This document shows, piece by piece, positions 49,201 to 58,539 of a DNA stretch of 64,000 nt (its first letter is position 1; the number at the start of each line of letters is the position of its first letter). The notes beneath the pieces were generated by a model. It was not told the origin of the DNA. It did no database searches and saw only the letters and a program-made list of their open reading frames with translations. Where the stretch lies: assembly GCA_003353945.1 (NCBI GenBank), contig PIVM01000002.1, positions 5,569 through 69,568 of the forward strand, given 5' to 3'. This DNA is from Gammaproteobacteria bacterium. GTDB taxonomy: Bacteria > Pseudomonadota > Gammaproteobacteria > Pseudomonadales > PIVM01. The position numbers and the translations under genes were made by a program.

Positions 49201-51808
49201 AAAAGACAATGCGATTACTATTCACCATGCCCGCGAACATAATTTAAAAAATATTGACCTGCGAATCCCACGCGATCAGTTTACGGTAATCTCGGGTATC
49301 AGTGGCAGTGGCAAAAGCACGGTCGCTTTTGATATTGTGTTTGGAGAAGGTCAGCGGCGTTATCTTGAATCGCTTAATGCCTATGCTCGTCAATTTGTAC
49401 AACCCGCAACGCGTCCCGATGTGGATGCGATTTACGGTATTCCGCCCACGGTAGCCATAGAACAGCGCACCAGCCGAGGTGGACGCAAGAGCACGGTAGC
49501 GACACTGACGGAGATATACCATTTTCTGCGCCTGTTGTTTGTCAAACTGGGCGTTCAGCATTGCCCCGATTGCAAGGTAGCGATTGAGGCGCAGAGTGAG
49601 GAGTTGATCAGGGCGCGCTTGGCTAAAAATTATCGCGGGAAAAAGATTACCTTATTGGCACCTTTGATTGTTTCGCGAAAGGGCATATACAAGGATCTGG
49701 CCAAGTGGGCGGATAAGCAGGGTTATGAGCAGTTGCGAGTGGACGGCGACTACTTGCCAACAGCGGACTGGCCAGTGCTGGATCGCTATAAAGAGCATTC
49801 CATTGAATTGCCGGTGGGTCAGGTAAAGGTCGCCCCCAGCAATGAAGCCTTATTGTCTCAATTACTCCAGCAGTCACTGGCTTTAGGCAATGGCGTGGTG
49901 ATTGTGGCAACTGATTCGGGAAGACGCGGTTCAACCGCAGATACCTTGTTTTCCACTCAGCGCGCCTGTCCCAGTTGCGGTCGAGGATTTGATGAATTGG
50001 ATCCGCGATTGTTTTCTTTCAATTCCCGTCATGGTTGGTGTGAGCGTTGTTATGGTACGGGTGTGGAAATAAGCGACTTTGACGAAGAGCAAACCGGCGA
50101 AGAACAGACCTGGTTGGAGCCGGCTGAAGAAGGTGTTGATGTTGCCTGTAAACAGTGCAGCGGTGAGCGTTTGAATCCGGTGGCCTTGGCAGTGACTGTT
50201 AAAGCCATGTCCATTGCAGCGCTAAGCGCACAGACCGTTGCGCAATCGACAAAAACGTTTGCTCAACTGCGCCTGAATAAAAAGCAACAACTGATTGCAC
50301 GGGATATTGTTAGCGAATTGCAAGGGCGCCTGCATTTTCTGCAAAAAGTCGGATTGGATTATTTGACGCTGGATCGAGCAGCGCCCAGTTTAAGTGGTGG
50401 TGAAGCGCAACGCATCCGCTTGGCTGCACAACTGGGTTCCAAGCTGCAAGGGGTCTGCTATATTTTGGATGAGCCGACTATTGGTTTGCACACCCGTGAT
50501 AATCGGCGTTTGATTGAGATACTACGCGAATTGCAGCAACAGGGTAACACAGTGCTGGTCGTGGAACATGACGAAGACACGATTCGCGAAGCTGATCATC
50601 TGATTGATATGGGACCAGCTGCCGGTGTTAACGGTGGTGAAGTGGTTGCAACGGGCTCTTTAAAACAACTGTGCAGAAACCCGCGCTCGGTGACGGGCCG
50701 GTTTATGAAGCAACCCCTGGTTCATCCACTGCCAGACCTTCGTGATGATGACCGGCGCCAGCAATATGAACAGGAAACACTGTGTATTGTTGAGGCTAAG
50801 AAAAACAATCTTCGAAATCTTCAGCTGTCCATTCCTCTTCGAAAACTGGTCTGTATCAGTGGGGTCAGTGGTAGCGGCAAGAGTACGCTCGTGCGTTCAG
50901 TGTTATATGATAATCTTCACGGCAGATTGCAAACGAAAACCAAGACCAAGACACAATCGCCATGGCGTGGTTGTGAACGTATAGAGGGCTGGCAATCCTT
51001 ACAGCGCATTCTTGAAGTGGATCAAACACCGATTGGCAAGACGCCGCGCTCGTGTCCGGCAACCTATATCGGTATATGGGATACGATTCGAAAACTCTTT
51101 GCCGATACGGTGGATGCACGACTGCGTGGTTATGGGCCGGGCCGCTTTTCGTTTAATGTGGCCGGGGGACGTTGTGATGCCTGTGGTGGTCACGGCATGC
51201 GTAAGGTGGAAATGAGTTTCCTGCCGGATGTGCGAGTCAATTGTGAAGTCTGTCATGGCTGGCGTTTTAATGAGGAAACACTGGCTATTCGCTATAAAGG
51301 CAAACATATTGCTGAAGTGCTGATGATGGATGTTGATGAGGCCGAGTCGTTTTTTGCCGCTTTACCGACCGTGCATCAGGCGCTTCGTTTACTGCAGCAA
51401 GTGGGCTTGGGTTATCTGACGCTGGGTCAGCAGAGTCCGACGCTCAGTGGTGGTGAAGCTCAGCGTATTAAGCTGGTGGCGGAGTTGGCAAAGGTGCGAC
51501 CCCATCTGCATCAGCATAATCTCTATGTGCTGGATGAACCGACCGTGGGGCTGCATATGGCGGATGTAGAGAAGCTAATTCGAGTACTGCATCAGCTGGT
51601 CGATGCAGGCAATTCAGTGCTAGTGATTGAACATAACCTCGATGTCATAGCTGCCAGCGACTGGCTGATTGATATGGGGCCAGAGGGTGGTAACAAAGGT
51701 GGCCGGATTATTGCGCAGGGTGAGCCCATCCGCCTGGCGCAAAGGAACACAAAATCGCATACCGTCAGCTACCTTGCGGATTTTCTTAAGCAGCGCAGGG
51801 CTGTCTAA
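46232..51808 (+). CDS. tandem-fused double UvrA-family ABC ATPase (two complete UvrA-like halves in one polypeptide)
   Basis: 1858 aa. Four Walker A motifs G(V/I)SGSGKST at nt 46328, 48185, 49295 and 50861. Four LSGGE(A/V)QR signatures. Cys-rich zinc modules in both halves. The second half restarts at about aa 995 (ITIHHAREHNLKNIDL, compared with IRIKNAHQNNLKNLDL at the N-terminus). Confidence 0.9.
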   Translation: MNADSIRIKNAHQNNLKNLDLELPTNELIVVTGVSGSGKSTLAFDTIYAEGQRRYVETFSAYARQFLDRMDKPAVDSIDGIPPAIAIDQTNPVRTSRSTVGTMTELNDYLKLLFARMARLFCPGCGREVVTESAQSIVNTVYQQAQSEQAVMITFPVRVPENFTNSEIIRLLEQQGYTRIHRQRRQGKNSTVEVVQDRLKLRSNNRERLNEAVEVALQHGNGHVRIYPLDQNREAHSAWVFSRCHHCPDCDIDYDKPSPGTFSFNSAVGACESCRGFGRIIGVDFSLVIPDDKKTLAEGAVKSFQTQSYNECQRELMHFARKRDIPTDKPWKKLSKKQQRWVLEGEGEWEDGVWYGVQRFFTWLESKAYKMHIRVLLSKYRAYTECEHCHGARLKPAALWWRLGGKKEVDTLIDSKDRFVPMGINMADAVWRQLPGLTIHDVMRLPLVQCRDFFYQLQLPEPFDEASEILLGEIRTRLSYLVEVGLGYLTLDRQSRTLSGGEVQRINLTTALGTSLVNTLFVLDEPSIGLHARDITRLIKVLHRLRDAGNSLLVVEHDAQVMLSADRILDMGPGPGKQGGEVCFYGKPAALLKHKRSLTADYLSGRKQVSEGGEANPPDAKTRYLKITGARENNLKNLDVEIPLQRLVCVCGVSGSGKSTLVRDVLYQALRKKMGKPLEAPGLYRKLTGDHVIADVVLVDQSPIGKTTRSIPATYVGAFDAIRKLFVNEPLAKQRQYTPGTFSFNSGKGRCPTCQGNGFEHVEMQFLSDVYLRCTDCDGKRFREEVLDIKLLGRRVSTSSAESKQACSIADVLQMTVAEALDFFVDYVEVVKVLQPLVNVGLHYVQLGQAVPTLSGGEAQRLKLAGHLAKTVKKKPTSQHKGLLFLFDEPTTGLHADDIATLMRAFQQLIGAGHSLLVIEHNLDVLAAADWLIEIGPEGGEGGGELVFQGTPQQIVQDKCSHTGRALSDYQMAANHVVQASPGQEQSKTKKDNAITIHHAREHNLKNIDLRIPRDQFTVISGISGSGKSTVAFDIVFGEGQRRYLESLNAYARQFVQPATRPDVDAIYGIPPTVAIEQRTSRGGRKSTVATLTEIYHFLRLLFVKLGVQHCPDCKVAIEAQSEELIRARLAKNYRGKKITLLAPLIVSRKGIYKDLAKWADKQGYEQLRVDGDYLPTADWPVLDRYKEHSIELPVGQVKVAPSNEALLSQLLQQSLALGNGVVIVATDSGRRGSTADTLFSTQRACPSCGRGFDELDPRLFSFNSRHGWCERCYGTGVEISDFDEEQTGEEQTWLEPAEEGVDVACKQCSGERLNPVALAVTVKAMSIAALSAQTVAQSTKTFAQLRLNKKQQLIARDIVSELQGRLHFLQKVGLDYLTLDRAAPSLSGGEAQRIRLAAQLGSKLQGVCYILDEPTIGLHTRDNRRLIEILRELQQQGNTVLVVEHDEDTIREADHLIDMGPAAGVNGGEVVATGSLKQLCRNPRSVTGRFMKQPLVHPLPDLRDDDRRQQYEQETLCIVEAKKNNLRNLQLSIPLRKLVCISGVSGSGKSTLVRSVLYDNLHGRLQTKTKTKTQSPWRGCERIEGWQSLQRILEVDQTPIGKTPRSCPATYIGIWDTIRKLFADTVDARLRGYGPGRFSFNVAGGRCDACGGHGMRKVEMSFLPDVRVNCEVCHGWRFNEETLAIRYKGKHIAEVLMMDVDEAESFFAALPTVHQALRLLQQVGLGYLTLGQQSPTLSGGEAQRIKLVAELAKVRPHLHQHNLYVLDEPTVGLHMADVEKLIRVLHQLVDAGNSVLVIEHNLDVIAASDWLIDMGPEGGNKGGRIIAQGEPIRLAQRNTKSHTVSYLADFLKQRRAV

Positions 51809-53448
51809 TCGAGCGGACTGAGACGACGGAATACGGTGCGCTCCTGCAGAGACTGGTCAGATTGATTTTTCATCAACAACAAGTGTTCATTGCCGGCAGT
51901 TGTTGCATCAATTGTAATTGGACCGAAGGTAAGCGGTTCTGTGTCAGGTGTAGTTCGGTCGACAACTTCAAACCAGAGGTAATAGGTTCCCAAGCTCAGG
52001 TTATAACTCAAGGTTTGCAGGTAATCAAAACCACTTGGCAGGATATTTGTGAGATTAAGGTTATTATCTTCAGGAGCTGGCTCGACACCCCCAGCAGTTG
52101 TGCCGACGGGTTGTTCATCAACATGATCCGCAGTGTTGTTGCCATTCTTCTCGGGCAGGATATACACCCGTAAATCGCTGTTTGTTATATCGAATTGACC
52201 CAGGAAATCAAATAATCCATAGTCACCAGCCTTAAAAAAGAGATTCGTAACATATAGCGAATACTGCCCGGGGACCGTGTGCGCATTTTCTACCACCGGC
52301 ACTATGAAAATGGTATTGGCCTCATCTACTTCGATATCAATAGAGAGTATCGTGTAATGCCAACCAGCTGCTATCGTGATAGGTTCGACGAGAATGGGTT
52401 CCAATTGGTTAGACTGTGTAATGTTCAGGTTATAACTGCCCGCATCAACGATGACCGATGACGAAATATCGCCGTATTGATTGGATGAAGCGATTTGTTC
52501 ACCTTGCACCGGTTCATCGAGGAAATAATCCATTCCCTCTTCAGTCGTGACAGCAGAAACAAAGCGAAGCTCACTGGGTTGATTCCAGGCGGCTAATCTA
52601 TCGCCGGCAAGCAGACTGACAGTTAATACGTTTTCTTTCGCATTCGCACCTTCTTTGATGGGGCCGAAATAGGGCGTGATCACCCAGGCCAGTCCCGTGC
52701 CTTGGTGCCCCTCCTTTTTTTCTGACTTGTAGTATATGTTGGATGGATTCTCGCGTTCGGTTATAACAAGTTCAAATGCGGTTGCGGAAAAGTCTCTTGC
52801 AATGCTTGGTTGGTCGTCGTTGTAGTTTAGCTCAAAGTCTGCATTCCCTTTATCGCTTAGCTCTTCCCCAGCAGCCAGCACATAAAGATCGAGTTGCGGA
52901 TAATCTGCTGCCAGATTGGTTGCCGTAATGTTGAATTTGTTGTCCAGCGCATGTTCGTCAACACCTCTGGGGATTGTGATTAGATCTGGCCCATTTTCAG
53001 TATCAATGAGTGCCAGGTATGTCACTTTATCTTCTTCTATGTTGAACGTCTCTTTCAATAAGAACCGTCTGTTAGCATCGCTGTCTTCATCAATATCACT
53101 GTCAGGATCAAGTGCGCAGAAGGAGATTTCTTTTTTAGCGCCAATTTCAATCCACAAATTGCCTGAACTTTGGTTATAGGAAAACGCGTTCTGGTTTTGA
53201 GAGTTGGAAAGTGCTCTGCTTCCTACCTCATTTTCAATATTTTCAGTGTCTTCAGTGACAGTTTCGCACTGACCCAACCAAGCCTGAACAGCAGCTTCAT
53301 CAGAGAGAGCGTGAATGACGTTGATATGACCGACAGACAAATGGAGACTGGTATTATTATTACTATTATTGCTGCTACTGCCACCACAGGAGGCAATCAA
53401 ACTCAGTGTGCTGAGCAGTAGCACACAACTTAAACGGGTGAAATTCAT
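51805..53448 (-). CDS. hypothetical lipoprotein (repetitive beta-rich, DUF4397-like guess)
   Basis: Lipobox LIASCGG followed by a Ser/Asn-rich linker. Start chosen at the ATG 5 nt after GAGAG. Its stop overlaps the UvrA-like stop by 4 nt (convergent genes). Confidence 0.55.
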   Translation of the reverse strand: MNFTRLSCVLLLSTLSLIASCGGSSSNNSNNNTSLHLSVGHINVIHALSDEAAVQAWLGQCETVTEDTENIENEVGSRALSNSQNQNAFSYNQSSGNLWIEIGAKKEISFCALDPDSDIDEDSDANRRFLLKETFNIEEDKVTYLALIDTENGPDLITIPRGVDEHALDNKFNITATNLAADYPQLDLYVLAAGEELSDKGNADFELNYNDDQPSIARDFSATAFELVITERENPSNIYYKSEKKEGHQGTGLAWVITPYFGPIKEGANAKENVLTVSLLAGDRLAAWNQPSELRFVSAVTTEEGMDYFLDEPVQGEQIASSNQYGDISSSVIVDAGSYNLNITQSNQLEPILVEPITIAAGWHYTILSIDIEVDEANTIFIVPVVENAHTVPGQYSLYVTNLFFKAGDYGLFDFLGQFDITNSDLRVYILPEKNGNNTADHVDEQPVGTTAGGVEPAPEDNNLNLTNILPSGFDYLQTLSYNLSLGTYYLWFEVVDRTTPDTEPLTFGPITIDATTAGNEHLLLMKNQSDQSLQERTVFRRLSPLD

Positions 53449-53709
53449 GGCATCTCTCATCATTGCCTAGCGTACTATCACGAAAAGGAGCAGTAGTATA
53501 AACAGTTATTATGGATGTGTGAAACGCGATGATAATTTACAACGCATTGTAATCCGGTGACTTGAACAGTATGACAGCATAATTGATAAAAGAGTTTCAT
53601 CGAAGTGAAGCAATGCAATCGCCTCGTTACGTGGTGGTGGTCGGTAATGAGAATGAAGAGCCATAACTCACATTTCTTATTTTACGGCGTTATAGGCTTG
53701 AATGTGAGC

Positions 53710-54144
53710 TTAGCACTGGCGATGATAATGCGGTAGTTTGGTCTTGGCGAAAGGCGCATACAAGCCCTTATATTGCATATCTTCCGCTAGAATATGCTGA
53801 GTCCACCACTCTTTTAGATAGAGCAGGATTTTCTTTGGTACAACATCTACATGCATTGTGGCAGCGTCACAGAGATTAGCTGTTTTTAGGCGAAAGGCTT
53901 TATGGTATTCAGTATGCTCTGAAAGCAGAGGGTAGTCATGTTGCTTGAGGTAAGCCTCTTCGTCTCGAAAATGTTGAAAAGTGTATTCGGTCATTTCAGC
54001 TAGTGTGTCGGAAATGAGTTCTGAGTGGACAGATTCGTGCTGATTGTCGATTAATTGATTAATTAAGCCAATGATTTTTTTGTGTTGTTGGTCAAATTCG
54101 GCCACACCTACGCTAAATTCTTCAGTCCATAGGATTTTATTCAT
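53710..54144 (-). CDS. bacteriohemerythrin-like metal-binding protein
   Basis: 144 aa. N-terminal WTEEFSVGVAEFDQQHKKIIGLINQL and downstream H/E/D ligand pattern (HFRDEE, EHTEYH, WWTQHILAED). Confidence 0.8.
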   Translation of the reverse strand: MNKILWTEEFSVGVAEFDQQHKKIIGLINQLIDNQHESVHSELISDTLAEMTEYTFQHFRDEEAYLKQHDYPLLSEHTEYHKAFRLKTANLCDAATMHVDVVPKKILLYLKEWWTQHILAEDMQYKGLYAPFAKTKLPHYHRQC

Positions 54145-54307
54145 GGCTAATTCTCACCGGAGCGCTTGGATTTAAGTAAAGCATAGTATGGGGTGATATG
54201 CCAATACGCTCAATTATTGAGTAACGTTTGTTTTCGTCCCGTTTTCCATGAAATCTTGACTCCGCTTGATGGTGGAGCGGAGAGGTGTTTGCTCTTTTGC
54301 CTGTCTA

Positions 54308-55720
54308 TTAACGACCCATTTTACGCAGATTTTTTGGGGTGAAAAACCTTTTGCCCTTGGGCTTTGTATTAAATTTCGTCGGACGAGTATTGTTCACCAG
54401 GCGCGTTGCCACGTAAGCGCTTGCCTGCATATCATGATTCATATGCACGCGGGAGATATAGCCTTTCAGGTAATAGTCATACAATGTGTTGAGAATGCCA
54501 ATGCGCCATAATTCGCCGCGGCTATCATAGTTTTCAGTCATAACAATCAACCAGTTATCTTCATCAATATAAAACCGGCGTTTGGCATACAGGTGACGCA
54601 TCCCCTTTTTTAAAGTAGCTTCAACGACCCATACTCGGTGAAGTTCATAACGCATGTAGTCGGGATTTGCATGCTTGGGTGTCAGCAAGGTCTCATAATT
54701 CAGTTCAGGGGTATCAAAGCGATAGGCATGGTAGGGGATATACATTTCTTTTTTCCCCACCAGATTCCATTCGTAACGTTCCATGGAACCGTTAAAACCG
54801 AGGCTCTCATCAATGGTTTTAAAACTGCCCGGTCCGTCCAGTGTATCAAAGCCAACCAGGGGGGCGCGGCGGACTCGATTGGTGCCGGGTAATAAAATCC
54901 AGGAGTTACGTTTGTAGCGCACGTAATCCAGCGGTTCGTGCACGATCGCCATCTTGCCTTTTTCTCGCGCCGGCGCAACGATCTTGCTGAAAACCAAGCC
55001 GGCGTTAGGGCCGATATCCACGTCACCGATGGGTCTTTCAGTGTAGGCATAGGGCGTTTCAAACAGGCTGTGTAAGCGTCGAGTTTCCATTTTGCCATTG
55101 GAAAACACGGCGATTTCGTCAAACAGAGTATCGGAAATGGGAATCGGTTGGTTCAGCCTCGCATTCCACAACACTTCGGCACCGGATTTGGGTATAGGAA
55201 AAGGCGCGCCACCGGTAAAATGCTGTAAGCCATCAATGCCACCAACCAATTCGGCGTTAGTGGCATTCCATTTGGTGCGTTTTTCAACCTGCTCGGAATA
55301 GCGGGCATCTCGATGTGAGGGATAGACCGGGATCTTATAGCTGTCAGGGTATTTTGCAAATAGAGCCAGTTGTCCGTCCGAAAGTTTGTCTGCATACGTC
55401 TTATGGTTCTCGGCAGTAATAGTCAATAGGACTTTCTCTTCTGCGTAGGGATCTGGGTAGCTATCTCCGCTGCCGTTATACGTCATGCCCGCTGGGGTGC
55501 CGCGCATAGAGCCTGTCCAGGCGGGAATGGAGCCATCACTATTCGGCTCGATGGTGGCTCCCATGGGAGTTAGTGATGTACCGAGTTGCTCTGCTTCTTG
55601 TTTGGTTACTTTTGCCATAGCCGATGGGCTGGACAGCAGCGTTGTTGTTATGAGACAGGCGGCAACGGTTCGAGCGGTTAAAGTCAGCTTGATGAGACTA
55701 TGGGATTGAAGTGAGTGCAT
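54308..55720 (-). CDS. DUF1329-family periplasmic/outer-membrane-associated protein (LolA-like fold family)
   Basis: 470 aa with a signal peptide ending SAMA. The block RYELHRVWVVEATLKKGMRHLYAKRRFYIDEDNW matches my memory of the DUF1329 signature. Confidence 0.55.
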   Translation of the reverse strand: MHSLQSHSLIKLTLTARTVAACLITTTLLSSPSAMAKVTKQEAEQLGTSLTPMGATIEPNSDGSIPAWTGSMRGTPAGMTYNGSGDSYPDPYAEEKVLLTITAENHKTYADKLSDGQLALFAKYPDSYKIPVYPSHRDARYSEQVEKRTKWNATNAELVGGIDGLQHFTGGAPFPIPKSGAEVLWNARLNQPIPISDTLFDEIAVFSNGKMETRRLHSLFETPYAYTERPIGDVDIGPNAGLVFSKIVAPAREKGKMAIVHEPLDYVRYKRNSWILLPGTNRVRRAPLVGFDTLDGPGSFKTIDESLGFNGSMERYEWNLVGKKEMYIPYHAYRFDTPELNYETLLTPKHANPDYMRYELHRVWVVEATLKKGMRHLYAKRRFYIDEDNWLIVMTENYDSRGELWRIGILNTLYDYYLKGYISRVHMNHDMQASAYVATRLVNNTRPTKFNTKPKGKRFFTPKNLRKMGR

Positions 55721-56140
55721 GGGCTGTTTTTCATTCCTGTGTTGTTTTTATTGTATCTTATATTGTATCTCAAATTGCTGTTCATAACTTATACAGCCTG
55801 GTGTTATCGTTTGACAATCAAAGATATTCGTTACGAATCAATGTTAACTTTGTCCTAAAAAGTTTGCAAAGCAAAAAGTGAGATAACTAGCCATATTTCG
55901 TTAGTTGCATTGCTAACAGGCTAATAATAAAAGAAAAACAAAGCGTGAGCTGGGTTTTCATTTAGCGGTGGAGCGAAATCTAGTAGCCATAAGCAGGTGA
56001 TTAGTTTGTGCTGGAATTATGAGTCAATAATTGCTTGTCACCCATACGGGTGTTTCCCCGGTTTGGCCGATTACGCTCTACTGTGGGCATACTGATAACG
56101 CACACAATAATCTGCGAGACATAAAGTAAGAGGTTGGTCT

Positions 56141-57250
56141 ATGAGTGATCAGGATGAGGCCTTGGCCCGGGTGATGGATGGGCGTTGCTGGGAGGATTTT
56201 TGCGACGCTCTAAAGGAGGCTGGCAAACAGGTTGTGCTGGCCGAATCGGTGCCTGATTCGCCCTTGGTGAAAGGTGAGGGTTGGCGCTATCTTTCACGCC
56301 TAACGCGTGCTGCATTGCGTTCCTATATGGAAGCGGCGGATACGCAAGCACCCGCGTTCAGTCGAGCGGTTGATGAAACCATCAAGATGGGCATGGACAA
56401 CCCGGACAATGTCTATCTGGCCGCACCAGTCAACGGCAATTACTGTTATCGCATTACGGGTAAGCGCGGCAGTGTCCATTATCTTGGTTTTGGCACGCAA
56501 GCTGGGGGTTACGGCAAAACCGGTTCCCTGGATACGACGGGTTATCTTGAGGCTGCCGATATGGAGATCGCAGAAGATGGCAGTTTTGAGGTGATTGTCT
56601 CCAGTGAGAAACAGGCAGGCAACTGGTTGGCGATGAAGTCTGAGACCCGCATGGTGCAGGTGCGTCAAACTCGGCTTGACCATAATAACGAAGTGCTGGC
56701 CGATGTCAGTATCGAGCGTATTGATGGTCCCAATCAGCCACATCCGTTTGAACCTGCGAGAATCGACAAGGCTCTGCAAAGCGCCGCTTTTTTTGTTCAT
56801 GGTACGTCGGCTTTGTTTGCACAGTGGGCTGAGGATTTTCGTAAACATCCGAATGAACTGCCGCGTTTTGATCCAGATGTGGCATTGCGTGCAGGAGGTG
56901 ACCCCAATATTGCCTATTACCACAGCTGGTTTGAGTTTACCGATGATGAGGCCTTGGTCATTGAGTTGAGGCCACCGTGCTGTAATTTCTGGAATTTCCA
57001 GTTGGCCAATTACTGGCTGGAAAGCCTGGATTACCGGTATTTCCCCGTTCATTTGAATAAATTGACCGCAAAATATCGCGACGATGGCTCAGTGCGTATT
57101 GTGGTTGCCAAAACTGATCCTGGCGTCGAAAACTGGATGGATACCTGTGGTCGTAATAGCGGCACCATGTGTGTGCGCTGGATACGGGCTGATGAGTATC
57201 CGCAGCCTCAATGTCAATTAGTGAAACTGGCGGAGTTGACCAATGACTGA
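56141..57250 (+). CDS. hypothetical protein (DUF1214-like guess)
   Basis: 369 aa with a good RBS (AAGAGG). Contains MGMDNPDNVY and a beta-rich C-terminus. Overlaps the next gene by 8 nt. Confidence 0.4.
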   Translation: MSDQDEALARVMDGRCWEDFCDALKEAGKQVVLAESVPDSPLVKGEGWRYLSRLTRAALRSYMEAADTQAPAFSRAVDETIKMGMDNPDNVYLAAPVNGNYCYRITGKRGSVHYLGFGTQAGGYGKTGSLDTTGYLEAADMEIAEDGSFEVIVSSEKQAGNWLAMKSETRMVQVRQTRLDHNNEVLADVSIERIDGPNQPHPFEPARIDKALQSAAFFVHGTSALFAQWAEDFRKHPNELPRFDPDVALRAGGDPNIAYYHSWFEFTDDEALVIELRPPCCNFWNFQLANYWLESLDYRYFPVHLNKLTAKYRDDGSVRIVVAKTDPGVENWMDTCGRNSGTMCVRWIRADEYPQPQCQLVKLAELTND

Positions 57251-58388
57251 CGTGAAGTTTGAGTTGCAGGGCATATTGGCCGATGCACGCCAAAAAGCGG
57301 GGCTGGATAATTTCGGCAGTGACGATTTTAGGGAAGGCCTGCAAAAGCTGCTTGAGACATACGAGAACAATGATTATGACGAGAGGGGCCGCAAGCGTAG
57401 CCGACGCCGGATCATTGATCTATTGGCTGCACGCCTGCGTATTGAGCAGGCTTTCAAAGATCATCCTGACATTCGCCAGGTCAACATCAGGCGGCCAGTG
57501 TATCTGACCGGGCTGCCGCGTACTGGTACCTCTGCGCTGCTGAACCTGCTGGCAAATGATCCAGCTGCACGACCCCTGAGGTTGTGGGAGGGTTTAAATC
57601 CTGACCCTGTTGATCTGAAACCTGGAGAGACAGATTCACGTTATCTCGCCATGAAGCAGTTTTATGATGAGATGAACAAAAAATCGGATTTCAGCAAGAT
57701 TCATCACACCACGGCCGATACGCCAGAAGAATGCATTCATTTGCTGAACCATACGTTTCAGGATGTGCAGTTTGGCGTTGAAACCATGATGGAGCCCTAC
57801 GGTTCCTGGTTTCAGCAATTGGATAAGCGCCCCAGCTATCATTATTACGCGGATTTGTTGCGTATGCTGCAATGGCAACGCCCCGGTGAGCGATGGTTAC
57901 TAAAATCGCCCTGTCATCTCTGGGCGCTGGATATTCTGGTCGAGATGTTTCCCGATTGCTGTTTGGTCATCACGCATCGTAATCCCTTGGAGTGCATTAC
58001 TTCCTACGCCAGCATGATGGCAGCCTTGATGCAGGGGCGTCAGGATCTGGATAAGGCCGAGCTGGGGCCGGTGGTAATGGAGTACCTGGCGCGTAAGCTG
58101 GAGGCCAGCCTTGTTGCCCGCGAAAAGTTTAGTGCAGAGCGCGTTATTGATATTCAATTTAATGATTTTGTTGCCGATCCTTTACGTACGGCTGATCAGA
58201 TTTATCAGCATTTCGAATTGCCCATGACCGGGCAGATGGCGGGGGCCATAAAATCCTATGCCGATGCTCATCCCATGGGAAAACATGGCAGGCATGGCTA
58301 TAAACTGGAGGAATACGGTCTGACTGAGCAACAGATACTGGATCGATTTGGCTTTTATATTGAGCGGTTTTCCATCCCAATGAGTTAG
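57243..58388 (+). CDS. sulfotransferase family protein
   Basis: 381 aa. PAPS 5'-phosphosulfate-binding loop LTGLPRTGTSALLNLL and a downstream RNPLE block. Confidence 0.7.
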   Translation: MTDVKFELQGILADARQKAGLDNFGSDDFREGLQKLLETYENNDYDERGRKRSRRRIIDLLAARLRIEQAFKDHPDIRQVNIRRPVYLTGLPRTGTSALLNLLANDPAARPLRLWEGLNPDPVDLKPGETDSRYLAMKQFYDEMNKKSDFSKIHHTTADTPEECIHLLNHTFQDVQFGVETMMEPYGSWFQQLDKRPSYHYYADLLRMLQWQRPGERWLLKSPCHLWALDILVEMFPDCCLVITHRNPLECITSYASMMAALMQGRQDLDKAELGPVVMEYLARKLEASLVAREKFSAERVIDIQFNDFVADPLRTADQIYQHFELPMTGQMAGAIKSYADAHPMGKHGRHGYKLEEYGLTEQQILDRFGFYIERFSIPMS

Positions 58389-58539
58389 CGAGCGATCCAG
58401 AAAACAGTGTTTTTATCCCTCCTCCCCGGGGAGGGGGTATCTTCAGTGAGTGCTTTTTGACAGGGCGTCTTGCAAGCTGCCAAACAGCCGTTACAATCCC
58501 CCCTCCACTTTAAAACGGTTGTTTTGCAGGTTCCATATT

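Noticed and set aside
51805-51808. 4-nt overlap of the convergent UvrA-like and lipoprotein gene ends as a regulatory feature
   Set aside because: Overlapping convergent stops are common and need no special explanation. No terminator structure is visible, so I only note it.
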